64,000 nt of DNA from the NCBI GenBank assembly GCA_017499595.2, contig CM039010.1, forward strand, positions 1,302,001 to 1,366,000. Direction: 5' to 3'. Position 1 is the first letter of the stretch; each line of letters opens with the position of its first letter. The position numbers were made by a program, and so were the translations under genes. This document shows, piece after piece, positions 36,397 to 49,724 of the stretch. The stretch comes from Psilocybe cubensis (taxonomy: Eukaryota). The notes beneath the pieces are model-generated. The model ran no database searches. It was not told the origin of the DNA and saw nothing but the letters and a program-made list of their open reading frames with translations.

Positions 36397-38197
36397 TTAC
36401 CCTCCTTTGGGAGCATTACCGCCACCACCACCACCACCACCACCACCACCCCCACCACCTCCGCCACCGCCGCCGCCGCGACCTCTTCCGCCTCCACGAC
36501 CACGACGTCCGCCGCCGCGTGATGCACTTCCACCGGAAGTGGATGGTCCAGCTGGAACTTCTGGCAATACAACAACTCCCGCAGGCCCTTCTTTCCGTAC
36601 AACAGGAGGAACATCTGCACGTTGCAAAATGCTGGGCACTTTAACTTGAGGTGCTTCTCCACTAGCACCACCTCCCCCTCCTCCGCCACCACGACCACGT
36701 CGCGATTTCCTTGGAGAATGCGGAGGTGCCGGTGTTGGTGTTGGTGATGGAGATGGTTTTTCATTATCCGAACCGTCTATCCTAGCAAATGTAGGCGCCG
36801 CTGAAGCACCGGCGCTTGATCCTCCTTCTTTCGTTTCTTTATCTTTATCTTTCTCTCTTTCCTTCTCGCGTTTCTTCCTTTCGGTAGCGGCCACAGCGAG
36901 CCCGGCCACTCCGCTCAATGCAGCCTCAAATTGGCGGGACCCTAGACCAAGGACAGGACGTGTGCGCCGGGGAGGAGCAGTGGTGGCGGTGGTGGTAGGT
37001 GTTGCTGGCGAGGCTGTCTGGTTGGTGTCAGCAGAGGCAGAGGGCGGGACAGCGATGGTGGGTGGAGCACGGCTCTCCTTTTCCTGCTTGGCGGCAGGAG
37101 GGGGCCGCGGTGCGCGTGGTGGTTTGGCCGGTTTCGCTGTGGACTGCCCTGCAGCAGGGGTATTGCTGCTTGCGTTGTTTGCATTTGGAGCATTCTTCCC
37201 TTGACCAGACGCTTTGGACGCTTTGGACTCTGCGTTTCCAGATGGACCTGCGCCCTTCTTGGAACCCTTCTTCGTTGAAGCTGAAGCTGCTGGCGCAGAT
37301 TCAGAAGGCTTGCTAGGTGGAGGTGCCGCATTTGTTTTCTTCTTTTCCTCTTTCCTGGAGAGGATATTCTGGTAGTGGGCGTGGTTGCGTAGTATAGCTT
37401 CTTTATCCCTGTTGGCGCTCTTCTCTGCTTTGAGGGCTTCCAGAAGGGGTGTTGTTTTCGGTGGAGGGGGTGGCTGAGAGGAAGCAACTAGAGAGCGATG
37501 AGCATATGCGCATAAAGGAGGTGAGTTGCCTACTAAGCGATTCCAACGATACAGGTTCCTGGTTCTCAGATGCTTTGAGAGATTCGAGGAATGATATGTA
37601 ATCTTCGTCTATGCAACCACGGTTAAACGTGATATAAAGCGAGGGTTTGAAGATATACCTTTCTCAATAGTCGCATTACGATTGTCTGGCTTCCGCTTAT
37701 CAGAAGGTATTTTGGGGTATGGCGCAAATTCCACCACGGCTTGTGACTCGTTCCCTAGAAATTATCTGAGTATATAGATCTCCTGGAGATGAATAAGTAG
37801 ATGCTGTTACCGGCTTTATCTCTGAATACATGACCGTCGTACTCTTTGCTGAAAAGAGCCAGCTGATCCTCCGTTCTGAATGCAATATATGCGCGAGATG
37901 GCACGTTCTCCTTGTTTAATCTGTCCAGATATCAAAACCAGCCGATACGACAATCAAAGTAAGGGAGTCAGCGCACTTTTTACGCAGTTTCCCTGGATAA
38001 TATATCTTCCAGCTGGCTGTATCCTCAGTGACCCAGGGCTGCACGCTTTGCCAGAAAACATCTTCGGGAAGATTGGGCGGCAATCGTCGAACTACGGTCT
38101 TGAGACGCTCAGATGCTAGAGGAAGCGAGCCTTTGCGTTCTTTATCCTTTTCCTTCTTCGGTTTTGAAGACTTGGCGGGCGTGGGGGCCGCGGACAT
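36397..38197 (-). CDS. UPF3: Nonsense-mediated decay factor Upf3 (Smg-4/UPF3)
   Basis: RLKTVVRRLPPNLPE, YYPGK, SRAYIAF, YDGHVFRDKA|GNESQAVVEFAPYPK, DEDYISFLESL, KTTPLLEALK; RGG/poly-Gly tail. Confidence 0.93.
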
Positions 38198-38438
38198 GAG
38201 CTTGGTCGCTGTCGAGTGCGTTGAGGAGAACGGATGTAATCAATCCCTCATTGGTTCACTGGCGGGTCCTGAGACGGCACTCCGGCGAGACATGTGACCG
38301 AGTCTGAGTTTGAAATGACATTCTCATTTAAAAGCCAATTTTCACGGCTGTTCTTCGTTGTCCTGTCATCGACGCGTTGCTTTCTTTTTACGTGGTGAGT
38401 GTCTACTTCTTTCCTATGATCTTTTCTTTTCTACCTCC

Positions 38439-38511
38439 ATGAGAACGATGAATACAAAATCACATTATCAAGCTCAACAGTCTTAGGGATTTATCCCACT
38501 GCTGATCCCAT
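38439..38511 (+). ncRNA. Probable intronic C/D-box snoRNA guiding LSU rRNA 2'-O-methylation
   Basis: C-like box ACGATGA (38445-38451); 13-nt guide TCAAGCTCAACAG (38468-38480) complementary to conserved LSU CUGUUGAGCUUGA; D'-like CTTA; D box CTGA (38502-38505); terminal stem ATGAGA/TCCCAT. Lies in a GTGAGT...TTCTAAC...CAG intron (38395-38585). Confidence 0.75.
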
Positions 38512-39072
38512 TCTGCAATGCTGACACCACTTATCTTTATCTTTGTATATGCTTTTTCGTTGTTCTAACTTCATCTTTGCCACAGATATACCACGGCAAT
38601 TGTGTTTATGGTTTCTTCGTTATGATGTACTCCGCTTGTCTCTGTCTCGACCACAGAGTCACTTTCCCCTCGATTCTGCGAAACGACGTGCATTGCACAC
38701 AGAGAGTCAACCGCCGCTCTACATGGCTGATTACGAACAGAGTAGACTTGTGTACACTTTACATTGCAATGCAAATATTCCTACGTCGTCCAAATTTATT
38801 ACCCCCTACTTGTGTATTGGCGCAAATCCTGTCTGCCCAATGTTTCCAAGTCTAGTTTGGACTTCCTTGCTTGTACTTGGTAACTTGGTTCTTCACAACA
38901 GCACAGAACAGTTTCATCGGTGAATTCAGTGAAGTCATTGAACATTTCATTTGAATATTTTCAATCAACTGCATTTATTGATCGTGAGAATATGTTATCT
39001 TACCTAATACGAACAATGAGCAAAGAGTGCCAGCGTCAGTCATTCTCTACGAGATACACTCATCCGACTACT

Positions 39073-40449
39073 ATGCCGCCGAAATCAAAGAAGGGCAAAA
39101 AGGCCTCCACAAAGAAGGTTGTAGAAGATACCACACCCCCTGTGGAAACAGAAACCCCCGTGGACGACGATGCGATGCAAACAGACCAACCCGAACCCGA
39201 ACCATCCACATCAACATCACTCGCCGACACAGCTGCTTCGCTCGTTGAGACTTCGGAGCAAGTTGTGGCACATGCAGTAGAAGCTATCAAGGAAAAGGTT
39301 GTGGATGTTGCGGAAGCTGCTGAAGAGTTTGTGGAGGATATGACAATGGGTGATGCGGAGGAGAGCAATGCTGCTGGTTCAAGCAAATCCGGGGATGTAA
39401 CACCTGCGGAGCCAGAAGTAGAGGAAAAGGTAGAGAAGAAGAAAATGACGCTTGAAGAACGGAAAGCCAAGCTGGATCAACTGCGGAAAAAGATGGTGTG
39501 TCTTATAACGTTTCTCTCACTTTCTCGTGCGGCGACGAATCGTTGATTATGTTTCTTCCCACCGTAGGCTGCTTCATCGAAAGCCAACCGCACGGCACTT
39601 GTAGAAGAATCAGCAAAAGCCAAAGTAACTGCTCGTGAAGCCGCACGACTAGAAAGGCAGAGGAAGCTAGCAGAAACATTGCGTTTGAAGGCTGATGCGG
39701 AGGAAAGAGGCGAGGATGTGGAACGACAGAAGAACTGGGAATACACTATTGAAGAGAATGACGAATGGGAAAAGAAGCTAGCCCGCAAAAAGCGGAGAGC
39801 AGACTTCGAGTTTCATGGTACGTCCTTGACATTTACTGGTGCTCTAGTACATGCCCTAATGCGGTGATGCGGTCTTTTTCCTATAAGATGACGCCCATGC
39901 TGCTCGAAGACGGTATAAGAAAGATTTGGACCATATTAAGCCCGACCTTGTTGCCTACAACCAACAGAAGGCTATTGCTATGGGCCAGAATGCAGGTGCT
40001 CTCGTAGGCTTTGATCCAAGCTCGGGATCATCATCCGAGGTGGCTATCAGCCAGGAACAAAGACTGGCTGCGGAGAACTTGTACAGGGATGCCAATACTC
40101 TCATCTATGGCGATAACAAGCCTTCAGAGGATGCTATTGACAGAGTGGTTAGCAAAATCAACAAAGAGTGTGTACTGCCGTTACTGTTTCTTTTGTTTTG
40201 GGGTTTAACTTTATTCTTCGCATCAAGTATCGACAAGAAGGGCAAGTTTTCCCGCAAGCGTCTCAACGAGGAGGAGGGCGATATCACATATATCAACGAG
40301 CACAATCGTGTATTCAACAAAAAGGTGTGTACTTTATAAACGTAACCCTCTTATCGAATACCTAACGTATCTTTTTCAAGATTGCTCGTTACTACGACAA
40401 ATACACCTCCGAGATTCGTGCAAGTTTCGAACGTGGAACTGCCCTTTAA
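39073..40449 (+). CDS. SYF2: Pre-mRNA splicing factor Syf2
   Basis: GEDVERQKNWEYTIEENDEWEKK, IKPDLVAYNQQK, NKPSEDAIDRVV, DITYINEHNRVFNKK|IARYYDKYT, FERGTAL*. Confidence 0.95.
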
Positions 40450-40642
40450 ATGCGCCCCCTTCGGCCTCTGGATGGCATTCACTCAATTTCCCGAGGGGTT
40501 CTACAGTCGCCTACTTTTTCACAACTCTGCATATCAGCGCACATTTTCTCATTGTATCACTAATTTAACGTTCTGTAATACTGTACATGAAGACATGCAC
40601 CCGATGAAGACTATCCGGATCCAATTTCTTCATTCTTCCATA

Positions 40643-42362
40643 TCACTCCGCCAAACCCGCATACAAGGTCTCCTCGAACCTTGCAAAAATCTTAAATACG
40701 TCTCTATCTGGCATTGGAATTACCTGTGTCCCAAACACTGTAGCTATACCCGTAGATGGGTCAATATGGAAAAAGGTATGCGCCCACCCCCACCCTACCC
40801 CACCAAAAATGAGAAATCAAGTTGACTTGAAAGATACATAAAGAAGACAAGCACGTACAAAACCCTGAACCTTTCTTTCTTCTGCCAGGCCAATCGGTGG
40901 CCGTCACACCGATGGCGGTTCCCCACTGCGCAACCGCGTCCCTGGGCATGGAAGGATCTAACATCAAGAGGCGGCTGAGCATGTTAGACGCGGTTTCGTG
41001 CAGGGATGGTTCGAAGATTGATTGTACACTCTCGGCGCTTATGATCCCGTTTGTTATCTTTCCCGCTTTTTAGCAAAAGTCACATCAGAGGTTGTAGGTG
41101 ATTGATTCGGAGGGTGGATTGTTCACGCACATTTGATCCGGAGTAAATGGCGCAGGAGGTTCAAGTAACCTTTTAGTGAGGCGTATAAACCGTCTCCTCC
41201 CATATGGCAAGCCACTGTGGCGTGGATTCATGAACGTCAGTGTTGAATCATTTCTCTGGAAGAAGCGATACCTTTGGATGGATCTTGTTCGATTATCCTC
41301 GACTGGTTGTTCCACCGTTCAAACTGTCCGCCACGTCGGTATGTAAGATCCACCAGTTTCTCTTTGATTTCAGGTGTGAGATAGAATGATGCAGTTATGT
41401 CGAGAGGCTTGAATACGTTGTCTTGTCTGGACATGACATATTGCTGTCAGAACGTGATCTTGTAAATGATGCCACCTCAGGCATAACGTACAAGTATTTC
41501 TCCAAGGTTTGCCCAGTTATTTTCTCGATCATGAAACCGAGGATATCAGATCCCCAACCATTGGCCCCTGCGGGAACAATGATGCTCAGCAAACAGGAAA
41601 TAGCGTCAGTTTTCTGGGACATTAAATTACAATTCTCTCCGGGTTCGAATAGAACAGGAATGCCTGGTAGGTCTCCCTACGCACAATTAAAATCATTTTG
41701 GATATAAACGGAAGACTTGGGTACACATTCAAGCAAGCTCTGACCTTGATAATAGATATGAATCGAGAAACCGGGTCATCTAAATCATGCGATGTAAGCC
41801 GCGTTTAGGAGATCGGGTCGGACTTCTTTGGATGGGTAGTAGAGTCCACAGGTATAATCCAGGAGATGCTTATAACGCATGACGGTCTTCGTTGGTTTAT
41901 ACGTCAAAACTTCAGCCATTTGGTTCTCAATGATGACAAGGTCGGAGAATTCGGGTAGATAGTCAGATACTGGGGTCTCGAGGGTTATTTTTTCTTGTTC
42001 GAGAAGTTGGAGGGCGGCAATCTGAACGGCGAAAGAAAGTTGATCACTGAGGGTTGCAAGTAACTCTGATAAATATGGATGGACATACGTGAACTATCAA
42101 CTTGGTTTGACTACACATCCAAAATACACTATCCTCTTATATTCTCCCGCTATTTTCTTCGTTGACGACGTTATATCCCCAAGTTTTTAAATACAGCTCT
42201 TGATCCACAGAGGTTACTCCGAAAAGAAATCCAGGGATATTTTTCTCCAGTACAACTTGATCCTAAGATATACATGTTAAGAGAGCTATCAGTATTTTAA
42301 TTAACGAAGCACACCGCCAGTTTGTTTAGGGACTCCTCGCCCTCGACGGATAAATGAACCAT
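40643..42362 (-). pseudogene. LovD/beta-lactamase-family serine hydrolase pseudogene
   Basis: FWMCSQTK (SxxK), LFEPGE, DWPGRRKKGSGF, FFHIDPSTGIA. In-frame TAA at 42137-42139 and a frameshift near 41790 relative to the intact paralogue at 49725-51396. Confidence 0.85.
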
Positions 42363-45300
42363 CTTATCAAATGCAAACGAGAGGGGAAAAGGTTAAAATG
42401 ATAGAGTACCATTTAATAGACTGGTAGCTACTTCACACAGCTGCCATCAGAAAGCCAACATTAGCTATTTCTATGTACGAGAAACAAGCTAACTACTGAC
42501 AAGGTTCCCAAATTACTTCAAGCTATGCGGTCTATTTTAGCTGACTTGTTGGAACAATGTTGATGCAATGCGTAGGTTTGTTGCAAACGTTACAGGGCTC
42601 ATCGCTTGCTACAGATTCAATGAGTTGCTACGTGAAATTTGTTCGACAGTGCTGTTGTGATACTGAATCAGAAAGATAATTTGGAGCAAATACTGCAAGC
42701 ACTACCTAAATAACTGAAAGTGTGTTTAAATCTTTCATAGAAGATCGCTCCATGAACTTAACAGTTTACTGATTGGCCGTAGAAATAAGCCGCAGGAGGT
42801 GTAAAGTTTGGATTCCAGTTCAGGTTTTTTGAAAACTGAGTCGAGCCGGGACGAAGCACTCAAAATACTTGACCTGAATCAACCCGAATCGATTGCTCGT
42901 TGAGGAAACAGCCGGGATATTGAAGTGGAGTTCTAAATTCATTGGCGGCCTATTCCGGTGCTCCTTTCCATTCCGTTGTTGCCCAACGCCTCCTGTTCTT
43001 CTTGCTAACTGCTTCCTTTGCTGACTTCTTCTGACCATAATTCGAAGGCAAATTTTACAAGATAAAATGAACCTTAAAATCAGAATTTTGAAATGATACG
43101 TGGGCGATATTTCCTCGGACATCTTGGAGCAGTGGGAGCGCCATGGGCCGCAAATTTGTGAGTTGCATGGTTCGCATTTTCTTGTATACTTTTACCCTAT
43201 ATTGGCTGGGACATACCTTCAGAACACTACGATCTCTTTTCTATATCTCTCAAACATTTCCTCGGGCTACAATTGCTCAGCCGAGCCTCTTAGGAAGACA
43301 GTCTTCACGCTTATTCAGCGTCGCTGTTTAGGCTACCAGCAGGCTTTATGCCCTTTGTTATGCAAGCTGCTTACCCCAAGCATCCGGCCACCCATTCAAA
43401 TCTACGGCTTATAGTTATTCTCTTCCATTCGAGATGATTCATCCGCAGGGATTTTGCCCGCTACCTGCTACGCTGCATTCTCCACTGCGATATTCATTCC
43501 AGCATCCTTTGGCAAGCCCTTCTGCTTGAGCTAAAACTCCTCGGGTTATCGTATATGATCAATGCAGTAATCAGAAGGATGGATTCAATACCCAAAACAT
43601 GTTGATTCCCCGCCCAAATGACATCTCCAGTGTTTCAGCAGCCATATATTTTTCCATGTTTTCTTTCTTCACGACGCCAGGCCTTAAAAAAACACCGAAC
43701 TCATATGGTCACATTCTCAGCGCGCAACCATTGACCGGAAGGATATGTTGGTGAATTCTCATTTTGACGTGATTCAGGCGGTACAGAATTTCTCTTTTCT
43801 AAGACGCTTCATGACGTAAAGACTGTTTCGCCATGGCGCCACCTGTCCTGGTAAACTCGGTAAAACCTCAAACTACCCCAAACGCGCAATGGCAACTACA
43901 TTACTCGGCTGTACGTCATTGATGGAGAATAACAACCGCTTCCTGCATTTTCAGCACCTCATGGCTACAGTTAAACCCGTAAGATACCTTGACTCGACAT
44001 TGTGTTCAGCTTCTATACGGTTGACGTTCTACGCTGGTGCTTTACTCCCACTGCCCGGTGTCGTAGCGGTCATTGGCTCGCCCCGTCTGTTCTATGCACC
44101 GCCTTCCGTCAAGGTTCATGTCGTTTTTTTCTGGGAAAGCACGAGATCTCTGTGAGGTACAATGAATATCTTTGCTGTCGTCGGATTCATATGTTCTGCA
44201 GGTGTTTTGTATGTTGATCATCAATTCTTGCTTGTGAACCATTACGAGCGGATTACCATCACTAGGTACGTTGACTTGTGCCCAAAGCGTTGCTGCCATT
44301 ATGCAGACGGGGATGCCACTGGCCAATATTTCTCATTTCCCAGAGGATATATCGGGTCATCCTTAAGTCGGTTACTTCTGAACGGTGTATTTTAATTTCT
44401 CATGAAAACAGAAAAAATTGAAAGTCGAGATTGGCATATCATATACATCTTCCTCGACCCAGCTTTTCGCAGAAAAGTCTATCGAGACCCCAATCCTCTG
44501 TCTCTTGGTTCATTCTTCAGGCTAGCACAGGTGACTTGCCCAATGTTTGACCATTGAATTGATATAGCGTTAAGATTACACAGGTCTCACAGTTTCACCT
44601 GCTTGATGTCAATTATTGAACCTTCTGAATAATACAGAGGGCCTTGGGCGTACTAAGAATTGATGGTGCTACGTAGTACCGACACTGTCGGGATATATGA
44701 GAGCGACTTTAGGGTACAGGGAGTGGGACATGTGTGGCAATCTGATCTCAACTGCCTCCAAGGCAATTGAATGGCTAAATGCAACTGGGAGTGGTTTTCG
44801 TTCATTTCAATTGTCCATCCTGCGTTTAGACCCATGACGGAGATCCCGGTACGCCGGAGCTAATATTGAAGGTATGGTTTACATTCCTACCACCGGGACA
44901 CGATACTAAGGTGATACTTATTTTCTTCCAACGTTAGTTCCACACACCGGACTACCAGAAAACTCATGATATTTAACACCTAGCCTGTTGATGTTATGCC
45001 TCAGTGTATCGTGTGCACCTCTACTTGGATATATACGACTTACGTACAACACAGTGAGGACGCTAATCTTTAGCCAGCAGTTCCGTGGGCGCTTCTTCAA
45101 GCCATATCCAAACTTTCTTGCATTCAAGGAGGTCGACTAATATCTGGACGGGCTCAAAATCTACAAATTTTGAGGTGGGTTCCATTTTTTGTTCACTATA
45201 TATGGCGCCTAATCCGTTTTACTAGTACCTCTAGTAACCACTATAATTCAATTGTTTACGACGTAGCTAAACTTTACCCACAAGGATGGTGCATAACTTC

Positions 45301-46677
45301 GAGCAATTTTCCGGTGTTCCCCGAAAACATCGCGTCACCTAAAAGACATTCGCCTCAGGGAATAGGGGTATGCACAATCGGGAAGACCATTGTTGCTCAC
45401 TTGTCTTTACGAGAAGACGACAGAGCGCTACAATATGCATAGGTACCGCGTGTTTTTTCTTTACAGGATGGAGATATCTGCCTATGGAGAGGGACAAGCG
45501 AGATCGTCAATCAATCCATGGCAAGAGGTAAAAAAATTATCAGGCCCGTGGAATTGTCCGGTTTTTATGTGAATGCCAAGTATGAAGCGGAATTCAGGGA
45601 GTACCGAGGAAAACTGTTCCCTTATGATAAGCTACTTGTGTTTAGATAATTTCCACTAGTCTCAACTTCCAATTGAGACAAATGATGGGGTTTTGTTGAA
45701 AAACATTTCAATATCAGTAGCTATGTCTATCACTTATGAAAAAAGAGTGAAAAGGTGCCCGGAAAGAGGAAATATGTAGACTACACTGGAAATTACCCTC
45801 GGAGCCGTACTAGCAAGAACCGCCGATCTGAGAAATTAAGACTCTGAAAATATCTATCACTGCTACCCAGTCAAAAAATCCCCTTGCGGTCAGAAAAAAT
45901 TCTTGAAACAAAGATACTCAGTACAGCCCAATGTAAGGCGCAATGTAACTCATACATCTAAAGGATTAAATGTTCTGGACTTGGACGTTTTCGACGTTAT
46001 GGTAATGACGTTATGACATTTTGTAGTGTGGATTTTAGCCGGACCTCCTTTCAACTGCAAAAAGAGCTTGAAACAGGGAATGTAGACTCAACAATTGCCA
46101 AATGCGAATTCATCGGCAACTAATTTTACAGCTGGTTAACACGGTACTTGATGTTATGTTGAGTACCCGACAGTACCCGTATTGCAGATCTATAAATAGA
46201 ACACGCGCGAATTAGAACGATTGGGATAAAACCCGTCGGTGAAGAGCAAACGAGATTTATTACAGTAAGTTAAGTATCAAAGCTGTTTTATACCACGCAA
46301 AAAGGAAGATCCAATTGTGTTTCAAAATCTTTTAAGGAAGCTAGAATCTATGAAAAGAAGAAAGCATCCCAAAAGTAAGTCACAGTAAAGGCTGAACAAT
46401 CACTAGCCAGAAATCGGTTTAACGTACATTATGACGATAGTCCCCATGGAACGTCAATATCTCAGGATTGATATCCTGCGATATAGTTCAGTGTAAGTCC
46501 CACACATATCTGTTGGGTCTTCCTAACTTGGTTCGAACCGATGATCGGGTTCGCAGTTTCCAGGTTGTGAGCCTCAGGATTCTTTCTGGAAGATACGTAG
46601 CTTTGCCAGTTTTAAAGCATATAAAAGCGAGCTGAAAATCTCTCAAGTCACTCATTAGCAAAACTTTCCTCTTCAGC

Positions 46678-49087
46678 ATGACTCGCGACCTTCGTTGGCC
46701 AATTCCTACCTGCCCTCAGGGACTCACCAGCAAAACCTTCAAGCCACCTCCTATGGCCCCTTACATGAACCTTCCAAACATATTTGACTGGCATTTGCAG
46801 AATAGTCCTCAACATCCATTCTATGTCTACAGCAAAGGTGCTAACTCCAAGGATAACAGTATCACCACTGTTACATGGGGGGAAGCTGTTAAAATCATTT
46901 ATCGTATAGCGGGCATAGTGTCCACTGCTGTAGGCCCAGAAAAGGAAAATGCCCCTAAGCCACTTGTTGGAATGTACTGCTCACTTGGTAATGTCATGGT
47001 TTCTACGTTTACTCAATATTACTGATTGATCAATAGAGAGTTTGACATATATGCTTACTGCGATGGGCGTTATTTGCGCCGGCTACACTGTAATTCTGCT
47101 CTCGGATAAAGCATCCCCTGCTACACTCGAGCACCTCATCGTTGAGAGCGGCGTAGCTCACATTCTCACGAATGCAGACGACGAAATTTTGGCTTCTCGA
47201 CTATCCAATGTCCGGGAAAAACTCAAGCACGGTGTTACCGTTTCCACCATCCCATCTTGGTCTGAAATCTCCGGAGAGGGCGAGACATGTACACCTAAAT
47301 TTGTTGAGCCTCGACTGGATGACGTATATTTGATTGTTCACTCTTCAGGCTTGTACCACACCATAACAATTTTGGCAACTAACTTACGGTCAATCAATAG
47401 GTTCTACAGCACTACCAGAGCTGAATCGATGGACTCATGGCATGATCTATAATCTCATGTGGAGCCCTTGTACGTATTCGTTTAACTATTGTCGTGTCTG
47501 GGCGTCCTTTCTCAGTGGTGTGTCTTCCAAAGGGTTTGGAGATAGGGAAATCTGTGGCGAGATCATGTCGACATGCTCTATTCCTATGGGTGGATTATCG
47601 GTTTTAATGCAAACATTACTTGGAGTTAGTTATTCGAGTTTCATTCTGTAATATGATACGTACTGACGTGTAATTGAATAGGCATGCAGCGGACTTATTA
47701 CTGCAGGATTTCCACCATTAAACCGTAAACCAGAACCTACTTTAGAGAATGTTTGGAATACGCTGATAGTCACTGGATCCACATTCGGATACCTTCCCCT
47801 CCCATACCTAGCGGTCAGAACAGTTTTACTTTTTATAAATGACTCAGCTTACTCTTCCAACAGGTCTGGTCAGAGCAAGACGACAAGGTTCAAAGGTTAT
47901 CCGAACTCAAAGGCGTTGTACGTGGGGCGTTGACTTCCTGAACTTAAACTGACCATTATTGTTAGTTGTTTGCTGGTGCTCCACTGTCTAAAGAGGTTGG
48001 AGACAAACTGGCCGCGAAAGGAGTGAATCTTATCTCTTTCTACGGCTCGTGAGTAAACATTGTTACAGACTATCGCCTTACAAATGCTTATTGAAGCATG
48101 AATTTTTAAAGTTCCGAGGCCGGGCAAATTGTCAGGGCCTTTAGACACAGTACGAAACAGTCTATCAGATCAGTACTAATCTTCTAATTATTATTTCAGA
48201 ACACGCCGGAATGAACTGGGAATGGTTCGAATTCAATCCTCTTATTAATCCTTCACTTCGCAACGTTTCCGAAGACGGCGTCGGAGAGTTGGTACTAAAG
48301 GTACTTTAAATACATCAAGTATAGCCAAAACATCACTAACTGTACATAGTTTGGCCCGACACACAGAGCTACCAGATCGAATTGCACTGTGGATGATCTA
48401 CCTGCATATGCTACAGGTGACATTTTGGAGCCCCACCCGACGATTCCACGCCTTTGGAGATACGTTTCACGCGTATCGGATCAAGAGACCATAGGTGCCA
48501 ATGGACCGAAGGTATGTGGCACTCTGAAAAATTCTCAATCCACTCAACCAAAATTAAAACGATATTCAGGTCAATGTCGTGGCTATGGGTAAGAAGTTTT
48601 TTTAAGGATTATTAGGCTCACTAACTCACTCGATACATATATCGATAGCTCGAATTTTGATGACAGACCCACTCATCTCAGGAGCTGTGTTATTCTGTCA
48701 CAGCGTTGGGGACTTGACCGTAATCGGAGTAATTATCGAGCCTGCAATTGAAAACCTCGTCACCCTCGACTCTGTCCGAGAATTCAAAAATGACATATGG
48801 AAAGTCATAACTTCTCTTGTAAATTCACAGCTCACCTTACTAAGTAACCTTTCTTCAGGCCGACTATCGAGAAGTACAATACTGTAGTCCACGTCCCGGC
48901 TAGGATATACAAACGAGTCAGTGAATATGCATTTATCGGTATATTGTGGTATTCATTGTCCCTCCCTTTATAGAATATCATCATAGCGTCGCCGCAAAGA
49001 CCCTTTATCTATGGTGACAAGGGAATGCCTCGACGTAAGGATGTGATCAGAGCCTATAGTGCTGAGATAGAGGATCTACTTCTTTGA
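46678..49087 (+). CDS. Stand-alone adenylation (ANL) domain protein related to fungal NRPS-like/CAR A-domains; no T or R domain
   Basis: HSS|GSTALP, FAGAPL, FYGS|SEAG, YATGDILEPHP, GDKGMPRR; stop directly after the A-subdomain. The frame stays open through the exons I spliced, with one GC donor at 47349. Confidence 0.85.
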
Positions 49088-49724
49088 TTTTGTAGAGCTG
49101 TGATTAAACGTCACATACAACGATATTTCTGGGAGGTATTTACATACCATAACTTTATGTACAAATCAAAATAGTGATATATACGCCGGGTGTAATTGAC
49201 AAGAATTTGAATAAAGAGGCGTCGTATGACCATGATGATCAGTTAATGAATGCTAAGATAATAATCTGAGGCAACGTACGTTTAAAGCTGGAATAAAAAA
49301 TTGTTTAGACTATCCAATTCCTGTTCAAGCCACAAACATAGCACTGAAAGAATTCACAATTGATTTCAAGTCAACTCAGTTTTCGATTTTTATCGGTATT
49401 TACGATCCGCTTTTAAATTGAGAGTCCGATTCAATGTCCGATAGGACGTGGCAAATATTCTTTCCTTCTCATCCAACATCCTGTTAATGAAGCACTACCC
49501 TGTATTGCATCACTTCTCTTTTCCTGCCTTGTATATACTGAAATTGGAATTGGTTTCTCTCATGCATTCCTCCGGCTCTTAGACAAAACTCTAAACAAAC
49601 CTGAGAAAACCTCTCCAATCAGACGCCACGACCGGGATACTCAATAGCCGAGCTTTACACACAGGAGAATGGTCTACAAACTTCTTCACTCAGTATCACT
49701 TCGAAGTTCTCGACTTTCTATACC

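Noticed and set aside
36383..36649. Poly-proline ORF on the plus strand
   Set aside because: Reverse complement of the UPF3 poly-Gly tail.
38620..38732. Second C/D snoRNA candidate (ATGATGT...CTGA)
   Set aside because: Only about 8 nt of rRNA complementarity, no terminal stem and no clear host intron.
41190..41215. Suspected third lesion in the LovD-like pseudogene
   Set aside because: Re-reading gives an intact frame (VACHMGGDG).
43100..46500. Short ORFs and small hairpins (e.g. 46457-46484)
   Set aside because: No recognisable homology or TIR/TSD structure; stems short enough to arise by chance.
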